A DNA stretch of 64,000 nt from Candidatus Sumerlaeia bacterium (GTDB lineage: Bacteria > Sumerlaeota > Sumerlaeia > SLMS01 > JANRJK01). The stretch's first letter is position 1. Each line of letters opens with the position of its first letter. The stretch is taken from assembly GCA_033764015.1 (NCBI GenBank), contig JANRJK010000053.1:44491-108490 (forward strand), written 5' to 3'. Below the pieces are notes generated by a model. It did no database searches. It was not told the DNA's origin and was given only the letters and a program-made list of their open reading frames with translations. Below, piece after piece: positions 9,647 through 16,731 of this stretch. The translations under genes and the position numbers were made by a program.

Positions 9647-10704
9647 TCGTCCAGAAACGAGAAGGTGAGCTCCACATCCACGCTTTTGCGCCCGAAGCTA
9701 TCGGGCAAGGGAGCTAGTCGACCCACCTTCTTCAGTGCCTCGACGGCATAGGGATCCAGCGTCGACACTCCGGAGCTCCGGACGATGCGTGGGTTTTCGA
9801 TCGATCCGTCGGCATTGATTCGAAACCCCACCACGGCCGTCATGTCTGTTTGCTTGTCAAAAGGAACGCGAAACGCTTCCGAGATTCGCGTCGCGGCTTG
9901 ACGAGCGTAAAAGTCGGGCAAACCGGCACCCTTGATCGCGTCGCCCCCGTTTCCCCGGCCCGAGCCGATCGCGTTCGAGTTTCCCGAACCGGTTCCCCTG
10001 CCGGAGCCCGTGGCGGATGAGTTTCCCGACCCGCGTCCTCCCTGTGACCCCTTTCCCGCACCTGGGGAGTTTGAAGAACCGGCGGAGCGCGCCTCGCCGG
10101 GCGTAAGAGCCTTCCCGGAAGACGCCTTGGCCCCCTCGCGGGCCATTGCCGCAGCGGGGAGAGCGGACTTGGCGGAGGGGGGAACCGCGGTCCGGGACGG
10201 CTTGGCGGTCGCCGCGGGGATCGGCGTGGCCCGGGCGGAGGCGATCGGTTTGGGCGATGCAGTCGGCTTCGGTGTGCGGGTGGGCTGCGGCTCGGGGGTT
10301 GGCGCGGCAGTCGGCGAGGCCGTCGGTTTGGGTGTCGACGTCGGCTTCGGGGTCGGCTTTGGAGTGGCCTTCGCCTTCGGCTTGTTGCGCGAGACCAACA
10401 GCTCCTTAGGCGCCTCCGACTCGTCCTCCTCTTCGACAGCGACGGACTCGCGGTCGGGCTTCGGCGGCGGCGGTGTCGGTTCCGCGGGCGGCTCGATGTC
10501 CGGCGGCGCCAGCTCGGCGATCATGGCCCCCGCCGCGGCCCCGCTCCCCGCACTGCCCGAGTCCATCCCCGATTCGCCGAACAGATTCCCGGCCCGCGAG
10601 CTGAACGTGAGGGGGAGCAGCAGCACGAGAAACGCAACGTGAAGCAGCATTGCTTTACGTAGCGCGCTCTTTGGAGGCAGGTGGCCCGGGTGGGTGGAGA
10701 TCAC
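9643..10704 (-). CDS. TonB/TolA-family energy transducer
   Basis: TM anchor with His (LLHVAFLV), Pro/Thr/Lys linker, C-terminal FRINADGSI...VRSSG...LD...A.EAL domain. Confidence 0.85.
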   Translation of the reverse strand: MISTHPGHLPPKSALRKAMLLHVAFLVLLLPLTFSSRAGNLFGESGMDSGSAGSGAAAGAMIAELAPPDIEPPAEPTPPPPKPDRESVAVEEEDESEAPKELLVSRNKPKAKATPKPTPKPTSTPKPTASPTAAPTPEPQPTRTPKPTASPKPIASARATPIPAATAKPSRTAVPPSAKSALPAAAMAREGAKASSGKALTPGEARSAGSSNSPGAGKGSQGGRGSGNSSATGSGRGTGSGNSNAIGSGRGNGGDAIKGAGLPDFYARQAATRISEAFRVPFDKQTDMTAVVGFRINADGSIENPRIVRSSGVSTLDPYAVEALKKVGRLAPLPDSFGRKSVDVELTFSFLDD

Positions 10705-10722
10705 GCCTGAGAGGCCCTTCCG

Positions 10723-11151
10723 CTAATCGCCACGGTCAGTGATCAGGCCGATTTCGCCGATGCCGGCGGCGCGCAGGCTTGTGATGACGGTGGCGACTTC
10801 CTGCCATGGCACCCGTCGATCGGAGTTGAGCAGTATAGGCTTATCACTTGACGCAAGTGAAGCAGCCTTCAGCGACGAGACGAGGTCAGGCACCTGTACC
10901 TCTTTGCTGTTGAGGAAAACGCGCCCCTCTCCCGCTGCGGAGTCCCAACGGATGTCGATGTTGTGCGGGGTGCGCTTCGCGTCGAACCGGGGCGCCTCGC
11001 GAACCTTCGGGAGTTCCAGGTCGACGCCATTCTTCAAGGCTGGCGCCACGATCATGAAGGCGATGAGTAGACAGAACACAATGTCGAGCATTGAGGTGAT
11101 GTTGATCTGCGGCTCAGGTAGGGCCGCGATCCGCCGGTGACGTCGCGCCAT
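10723..11151 (-). CDS. exbD: ExbD/TolR biopolymer transport protein
   Basis: QINITSMLDIVFCLLIAFMI TM with the conserved Asp; LNSDRRVPWQ...AGI. Confidence 0.9.
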   Translation of the reverse strand: MARRHRRIAALPEPQINITSMLDIVFCLLIAFMIVAPALKNGVDLELPKVREAPRFDAKRTPHNIDIRWDSAAGEGRVFLNSKEVQVPDLVSSLKAASLASSDKPILLNSDRRVPWQEVATVITSLRAAGIGEIGLITDRGD

Positions 11152-11155
11152 CGGG

Positions 11156-11878
11156 CTAGGCTCCCGCCGTGAGGCGCTGGAACTCACGCTGGAGCAGTGG
11201 TTCGAGACGTCCGGAGTACCGCTCCAGGTCCGAGAGGATTTCACGGACGCGTGCCGACAAGTAAGTATGCATGACGGTCGCCGGAATCGCGACTACAAGG
11301 CCGAAGATCGTCGTGACCAGTGCAGTCGAAAGGCCTGGAGCCAGTGTGGCCAGGGAGGCGTCGCCGTTGCCCATCGCTTGGAACGATCCGAGGATGCCCC
11401 AAACCGTTCCAAAGAGACCAAGGAAGGGCGCCAGGCTGATTGAGAGCCCGAGGACGTGGAGACCGCGCTCCAATCGGTGCTGCTCCTCGGCGAATACACG
11501 ATCCATGGTCGAGTCGATGATCGGCCTCGCCTTGGCCATGGGCTCCTCTCCGCTCCCAAGGAACCAGCCTTCGAGGTCGCATTCGACGAACACTTCGCGG
11601 GTTAGGACGGCCAGCGGGCTATCCGGATGCCTCCGGCAAATGAGGAACAGTCCGGGAAGAGAGCCGGAGCGATCCCCGGCCGCAGAGAGGAACTGCTGCG
11701 AGGAGGCCATCGCGTCGCGGAACTCCGCATGTTTCCAAATCAAGACCGAAAAGGTCAGGATGGACAGCCCGGCCAGAATGAAAATGACCACCCAGCCGAC
11801 GAAATCGTTGAGGAAGATCGCTGAGACCAGGTCCGTGTCCATGTCGAACAGACCGGCCAAGAGTGGGAGTGCGTGCAT
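11156..11878 (-). CDS. exbB: MotA/TolQ/ExbB proton channel protein
   Basis: APFLGLFGTVWGI and LAPGLSTALVTTIFGLVVAIPA motifs. Confidence 0.92.
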   Translation of the reverse strand: MHALPLLAGLFDMDTDLVSAIFLNDFVGWVVIFILAGLSILTFSVLIWKHAEFRDAMASSQQFLSAAGDRSGSLPGLFLICRRHPDSPLAVLTREVFVECDLEGWFLGSGEEPMAKARPIIDSTMDRVFAEEQHRLERGLHVLGLSISLAPFLGLFGTVWGILGSFQAMGNGDASLATLAPGLSTALVTTIFGLVVAIPATVMHTYLSARVREILSDLERYSGRLEPLLQREFQRLTAGA

Positions 11879-11904
11879 TCCGGCAACCCTGCGTGGGGTC
11901 CCAG

Positions 11905-12843
11905 CTACTCCTTCAAGTCGAGCAACTCCAACACTCTATCCAGATCGTCCAAGGACTGCCAATTGACTTCGAGGACGCCGCTGGTGGCGGAGGTGCGCCG
12001 TACTTTGACGGGGCAGCCGAGTCGCTCGACGAGTCGCTCCCGCAGATCATCAATGTCAATATCTTCCGAGCCCTTTTTCTTCCGCATCGAGGCGGGCTGG
12101 GCTGGCTTCGGAGGGGGCTGGTTGATCGCGTTGGCGCGGCGCTCCGCTTCGCGGACCGATAGGCCTTGGGTGACGATTTCGAGGAAGAGGCGCCTGCGGA
12201 GCTTCTGGTCCGGGATCGAAAGGAGCGCCCGGGCATGGCCCGGCGTCAGCGAATGGTCACGGACGGCTTGCTGCATCTCCTCATCCAAATTCAATAATCT
12301 CAGCGCATTGGCGATTGTCGGGCGCTTCTTGCCGACGCGCTCCGCGATCTCCTCCTGGGTCCAGCCGAACTGGAGCATCAGGTCGCGGTACGCCTCCGCC
12401 TCTTCCAGCGGATTCAGGTCGTCGCGCTGGACGTTTTCGACGATCGAGAGTTCGAGCAGTTCCGCGTCGGTGGCCTCGATCACTTGCGCGGGAATCTCGC
12501 TGAAGCCGGCGAGCTGGGCCGCGCGCCAGCGCCGCTCCCCCGCAAGGAGCGTGTATCCCGCGCCCGTCGCGGAGCCCGGCGTGACAACGATCGGTTGGAG
12601 GACCCCGTGCCGCTTCAGCGACGCGGCGAGGTCATCGAGCTTCCCCTGGTCGAAGAACTTGCGTGGCTGCCGGGGGTTGGGCGTGATTTGGTCGACCCGG
12701 ATGCGGAGTTGCCCCATGGCGGGCTCTTCCACCGGTGCCTTCGGGCTGGGCTTGGGTGCCGGCTTCGCGGGCGCGACGGGGGCGGGCGGCGCGGCGAGGA
12801 GGGTCTTGATGCTCTGCGCCAAGGCGTTCTTGCGCGATTTCAT
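11905..12843 (-). CDS. parB: Chromosome partitioning protein ParB/Spo0J
   Basis: PNPRQPRK, GVLQPI, AGERRWRAA, ENVQRDDLNPLEEA and HTH region. Confidence 0.97.
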   Translation of the reverse strand: MKSRKNALAQSIKTLLAAPPAPVAPAKPAPKPSPKAPVEEPAMGQLRIRVDQITPNPRQPRKFFDQGKLDDLAASLKRHGVLQPIVVTPGSATGAGYTLLAGERRWRAAQLAGFSEIPAQVIEATDAELLELSIVENVQRDDLNPLEEAEAYRDLMLQFGWTQEEIAERVGKKRPTIANALRLLNLDEEMQQAVRDHSLTPGHARALLSIPDQKLRRRLFLEIVTQGLSVREAERRANAINQPPPKPAQPASMRKKKGSEDIDIDDLRERLVERLGCPVKVRRTSATSGVLEVNWQSLDDLDRVLELLDLKE

Positions 12844-12846
12844 GGG

Positions 12847-13647
12847 TCAGCCTTTCTTCCGCCTGCCATGGAGGCGGCCAAGGTACTCGTAGGTGAACGC
12901 CTCGTAAGCGCGGGCGCCGCTCCCCCAGCGGTCGTAGTCGAAGATCGTCCGCCGCACGCCCGGGCATTCGCTCAAGCGCACCGTCCGCGGAATCGTTGCG
13001 TTGAAGACCTGGTCCCCGAGGGCCTCGCGCAGCCCATCCACGACGGAGTTCGAGATGTTCGTGCGCGAGTCGACCATCGTCACCAGATAGCCGAGGATAT
13101 TGAGCGGCGCGTCGCCATGCGCCCGGAGCGCCTCGAGCGTGCGCTGCATGTTGATGACGCCTTCGAGGGCGAGGTACTCCGCCTGGACGGGGATGACGAT
13201 GTTGTCCGCGGCGTGGAGGATGTTCAGGGTCGTCATCCCGAGGGACGGCGGGGCGTCGATGATGATGTTGTCGAAGGCGCCTTCCACAGCGTCGAGGGCG
13301 CGCTTCAGGACTTGGTGGCGTCCTTCCGGGAGGAGGACGAGGCGGAAGTCCGCCGCGACGAGGTCGCCGCCCCCGCCGTAGAGGGAGACCGCTTCGACGG
13401 CGGAGGGTGAGGGAGGCGGCGGGGCGGCCTCCGGCTCGAGCAGAGCGGCGGAGCTGGCCGAGTCGGGCTCGGCGCCGAGGCTCAAGGAGGCGTTTCCTTG
13501 CGCGTCGAGGTCGACGACGAGCACGCGCCGCCCTTGCAGGGCGAGGCCGTGCGCGAGGCTGACGACGGTGGTTGTCTTTCCCACGCCGCCCTTCTGATTG
13601 ATCACCGCGGTGCGGACTGTTTCACGTGAAACACGCTGTCGGGCCAA
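12847..13647 (-). CDS. parA: Chromosome partitioning ATPase ParA/Soj
   Basis: NQKGGVGKTT deviant Walker A, DLDAQGNA, IIDAPPSLG, PVQAEYLALEG; TTG start with a purine-rich stretch upstream. Confidence 0.95.
   Translation of the reverse strand: MARQRVSRETVRTAVINQKGGVGKTTTVVSLAHGLALQGRRVLVVDLDAQGNASLSLGAEPDSASSAALLEPEAAPPPPSPSAVEAVSLYGGGGDLVAADFRLVLLPEGRHQVLKRALDAVEGAFDNIIIDAPPSLGMTTLNILHAADNIVIPVQAEYLALEGVINMQRTLEALRAHGDAPLNILGYLVTMVDSRTNISNSVVDGLREALGDQVFNATIPRTVRLSECPGVRRTIFDYDRWGSGARAYEAFTYEYLGRLHGRRKKG
13618..13633. promoter_or_regulatory. parS: parS centromere-like site
   Basis: Perfect palindrome TGTTTCACGTGAAACA matching the canonical parS consensus, adjacent to parAB. Confidence 0.95.
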
Positions 13648-13740
13648 TTGCCGGTCCAGCCTTTCCTTGTTGCGATCACACGGAGAGGCTGTTTCCGGGG
13701 GGGCCGAACCGGCAAGCGCATTCGGCGCGGCGGGGTCGCC

Positions 13741-13769
13741 TTGACACGCGGGGGCGTGCGGGGGACCCT
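13741..13769 (+). promoter_or_regulatory. Putative sigma70 promoter for tRNA-Gln-glmU-prs-rplY
   Basis: TTGACA at 13741; weak -10 (GACCCT) at 17 nt spacing; directly upstream of the tRNA. Confidence 0.45.
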
Positions 13770-13783
13770 AGCATCCTTACCGC

Positions 13784-13859
13784 TGGGGGTTCGCCAAGCT
13801 GGTAAGGCATCGGCCTTTGGAGCCGACATTCGCAGGTTCGAGTCCTGCACCCCCAGCCA
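13784..13859 (+). tRNA. tRNA-Gln (anticodon TTG)
   Basis: Acceptor stem TGGGGGT/ACCCCCA, D-loop TGGTA, anticodon arm TCGGC-CTTTGGA-GCCGA, T-loop GGTTCGAGTCC, encoded CCA. Confidence 0.97.
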
Positions 13860-13920
13860 GCATTGGAGCCGGGCTGCCGAACCGGGCGGCCCGGCTCTAC
13901 CTTTATCCGAGAGGCGAGAC

Positions 13921-14913
13921 ATGGCGGACGGTGCGGCGGCGATTGTGTTGGCGGCGGGCGAAGGGAAGCGGATGAAGACATCGCTTCCGAAGGTGCTCCA
14001 TCCGGTCCTCGGTGTTCCGATGCTGCATCGCGTGGTGCGGGCGCTGAGCGGCGCCGGCGTGGCGCGGATCGTTGTGGTTATTGGACATGCCGCGGACGCG
14101 GTGCGGGCTTCGCTCGATGGCCTCGGGGTCTCGACGGCGCTCCAGGCGGAGCAGCTCGGGACGGGGCACGCCGCGCGCTGCGCGCTGCCGGAGCTGGAAG
14201 GCTGGGCGGGGCCCGTGGTGGTGGCGTGCGGCGACACGCCGCTGGTGACGGCGGAGTTGTTCCGGGGCGCGCTCGACGCGCACGCGGCGGCGGGGGCGGC
14301 GGCGACGGTGGTGACGTGCCGGGTGCCGCAGCCCGGCTCCTACGGGCGGATCGTGCGGGGGGTCGGCGGCGGGGTGGAGGCGATCATGGAGTTCCGCGAC
14401 GCGTCCGCGGAGCAGCGCGCGATCGACGAAATCAATTCGGGGAATTATGTTTTCTCCGGTGGAATTCTGCCGGATTATCTGGCGCAATTACGGGCGGATA
14501 ATTCGCAGCGGGAATATTACCTGACGGACGTCGTGGGCTTGCTGCGCAAGGGCGGAAGCGCTGTCGCCGGATTTATGCGCCCTGATTTCCGGGAATTATT
14601 GGGGGTTAATTCCCTCGCCGAATTGGCCGATGCGGAAAACATCCTGTCCACGGCGGCGGCCGCGCGGCTGATGGCGTCGGGCGTCGCGGTGCGGTCGCCG
14701 GCGACGTGCCGGATCGCGCCGGAGGCGGAGGTCGGGCGCGATTCGGTGGTGCTCCCCGGGGTGTCGCTCGAGGGCGCCTGCCGCCTGGGCGAGCGCTGCG
14801 TGGTGGGGCCGAACGTGGTGCTGCGCGACGCGGTGCTGCCGGCGGGCACGCGGGTGTCGCCGCTCGGGGTCGAGATGGAATCCCCCTTGGCCCGCGGCGC
14901 GGCGGAGGGTTGA
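13921..14913 (+). CDS. glmU: GlmU-like N-acetylglucosamine-1-phosphate uridyltransferase with truncated beta-helix
   Basis: LAAGEGKRMK...PKVLH, QLGTGHA, GDTPL, YGRIVR, EINSG, EYYLTD, GVNS; only a few hexapeptide turns before the stop (330 aa). Confidence 0.88.
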   Translation: MADGAAAIVLAAGEGKRMKTSLPKVLHPVLGVPMLHRVVRALSGAGVARIVVVIGHAADAVRASLDGLGVSTALQAEQLGTGHAARCALPELEGWAGPVVVACGDTPLVTAELFRGALDAHAAAGAAATVVTCRVPQPGSYGRIVRGVGGGVEAIMEFRDASAEQRAIDEINSGNYVFSGGILPDYLAQLRADNSQREYYLTDVVGLLRKGGSAVAGFMRPDFRELLGVNSLAELADAENILSTAAAARLMASGVAVRSPATCRIAPEAEVGRDSVVLPGVSLEGACRLGERCVVGPNVVLRDAVLPAGTRVSPLGVEMESPLARGAAEG

Positions 14914-14924
14914 ACGGGTTCATT

Positions 14925-15938
14925 ATGTCGAACAGACCCAGCCGCCGCGCCCACGCCCCGCAACTAGCCGACCCCTTCCTCGGCGAACCCCCCGTGATCC
15001 TGCCGGGCTCGGCGTCGATCGATCTGGCGTCGGAGATCGCGAAGAAGCTCGGCACGACGCTCGGGCGGGTGACGATCGAGCCATTTTCCGACGGCGAGAC
15101 GTTTGTCAAAATCCTTGATAATGTGCGCGGACGCGATGTGTTCGTGATCCAAAGCACGTCGTTCCCGGCGAACGAGCACATCATGCAGCTCCTGCTGCTG
15201 ATGGACGCGGCGCGGCGCGCGTCGGCGCAGCGCGTGACGGCGGTGATCCCCTACTTCGGCTACGCGCGGCAGGACCGCAAGGACCAGGGGCGCGTGGCGC
15301 TTTCCGCGAAGCTGGTGGCGAACCTGATCGCGACGGCGGGGGCGGACCGGTTGCTGACGGTGGACCTGCACGCGAACCAGTTGCAGGGCTTCTTCGACAT
15401 GCCGGTGGACCACCTGCTGGGCGGCCCGGCGCTGATCGACTATGTGCGCAAGAAGCTGAAACTGAAGAAGATCACGGTGGTTTCGCCGGACGTCGGGAAC
15501 GTGAAGATGGCGCGCAACTTCGCGAACCAGCTCGACGCGCCGCTGGCGATCGTCGACAAGAGGCGGCCCAAGCCGAACGTTTCGGAGGTGATGTCGATCA
15601 TCGGCGAGGAGCAGATCGCCGGGCGCGACGTGTGCATCTTCGATGATATGATTGACACGGCGGGCACCATCTGTAATGCAGCACGGGCAGTCTGCGAGAG
15701 GGGCGCGCTCGACGTGTACGCCCTTTGCAGCCATGCGGTGCTCAGCGGAACCGCCCTGGAGCGGCTTGCGGACGCTCCGATCAAGCAGGTGGTGGTGACG
15801 AACACGATCCACCACGACTTGCAGCGACTGCCGAAGAAGGTGAAGACGATCTCGATCGCGCCCCTTCTGGCCCAAGCCATCGACAGGATCCACACCCACC
15901 GGTCCGTCAGCGACCTGTTCAGCGGCAAGAACCGCTGA
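14925..15938 (+). CDS. prs: Ribose-phosphate pyrophosphokinase
   Basis: FSDGE, PYFGYARQDRK, DLHANQ, VSPDVG, DKRRP, DDMIDTAGT. Confidence 0.98.
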   Translation: MSNRPSRRAHAPQLADPFLGEPPVILPGSASIDLASEIAKKLGTTLGRVTIEPFSDGETFVKILDNVRGRDVFVIQSTSFPANEHIMQLLLLMDAARRASAQRVTAVIPYFGYARQDRKDQGRVALSAKLVANLIATAGADRLLTVDLHANQLQGFFDMPVDHLLGGPALIDYVRKKLKLKKITVVSPDVGNVKMARNFANQLDAPLAIVDKRRPKPNVSEVMSIIGEEQIAGRDVCIFDDMIDTAGTICNAARAVCERGALDVYALCSHAVLSGTALERLADAPIKQVVVTNTIHHDLQRLPKKVKTISIAPLLAQAIDRIHTHRSVSDLFSGKNR

Positions 15939-15960
15939 CCCATTCGGAGGAAACACCCCC

Positions 15961-16593
15961 ATGTCCAGTGCCAAACTCGCGCTGAACGCCCAAGTGCGCG
16001 CCGACAAGCGCGGCAAGGAATACGCCGCGAAGCTCCGCCAGCAAGGCAAGATCCCCGGCGTTGTGTACGGCGCCCACCAGGACACCGTGAGCCTGGAACT
16101 CGAATCGCACGCGTTCGACGGCGTCCGCGCCAGCCTGCGCGGCGAACAGCTCCTCGTCGACCTCAACCTCTCCAACGGCGTGAAGGAGAAGGTCTTCATC
16201 AAGAGCGTGCAGCGCGAGCCGCTGTCGCAGCGCATCATCCACGTGGACCTGCTCCGCGTGAACCTGAACGAGGCGATCACGCTGCCGGTCCCCGTGAGCG
16301 GCATCGGCGTCCCGTACGGCGTCCGCAACGACGGCGGCATGCTCGAGCAGGTGCTCCGCACGGTGACCATCACCTGCCTGCCGGAGAAGATGCCCCCGCA
16401 CATCGACGTCGACCTGACGAACATGCTGGTCGGCCAGTCGGTGCACGTGTACGACCTGCCGAAGCTGGAAGGCGTCACCTACGCGCACCCGGAGCAGGTG
16501 ATCTTCGCCTGCCTCAGCAAGACCGAGGAAAAGGCGGTCGCCGCTCCGGCGGGCGCCGCCCCGGCCGCCGCGGCGGCCGGCGCCAAGGTCTAA
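15961..16593 (+). CDS. rplY: 50S ribosomal protein L25/Ctc
   Basis: LRQQGKIPGVVYG, IHVDL, GGMLEQ; GGAGG RBS; follows prs. Confidence 0.96.
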   Translation: MSSAKLALNAQVRADKRGKEYAAKLRQQGKIPGVVYGAHQDTVSLELESHAFDGVRASLRGEQLLVDLNLSNGVKEKVFIKSVQREPLSQRIIHVDLLRVNLNEAITLPVPVSGIGVPYGVRNDGGMLEQVLRTVTITCLPEKMPPHIDVDLTNMLVGQSVHVYDLPKLEGVTYAHPEQVIFACLSKTEEKAVAAPAGAAPAAAAAGAKV

Positions 16594-16645
16594 CCGGCGC
16601 GGCGCGGCCAGCGCCGCGCACGCGACCAGTCCGCACGGCCCACAA

Positions 16646-16678
16646 CGGCCCGGGAGCAATCCCGGGCCGATTCGTGTT
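16646..16678 (+). terminator. Hairpin terminator after rplY
   Basis: CGGCCCGGGA-GCAA-TCCCGGGCCG stem with GNRA loop, followed by ATTCGTGTT. Confidence 0.65.
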
Positions 16679-16731
16679 GGCGGCGCCGAACGGATTGACC
16701 GTCCTCCCCCGGCGCCGCTCCATTACCCGGC

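Noticed and set aside
10180..10380. Repetitive DNA in tonB
   Set aside because: Encodes the ordinary Pro/Thr/Lys linker; not a CRISPR array or VNTR.
13648..13783. oriC next to parAB/parS
   Set aside because: No DnaA-box cluster, AT-rich unwinding element or dnaA/dnaN seen; strand skew was ambiguous by eye.
13784..13859. tRNA-Gln as an island integration site
   Set aside because: No integrase and no duplicated tRNA 3' end seen; neighbours are housekeeping genes.
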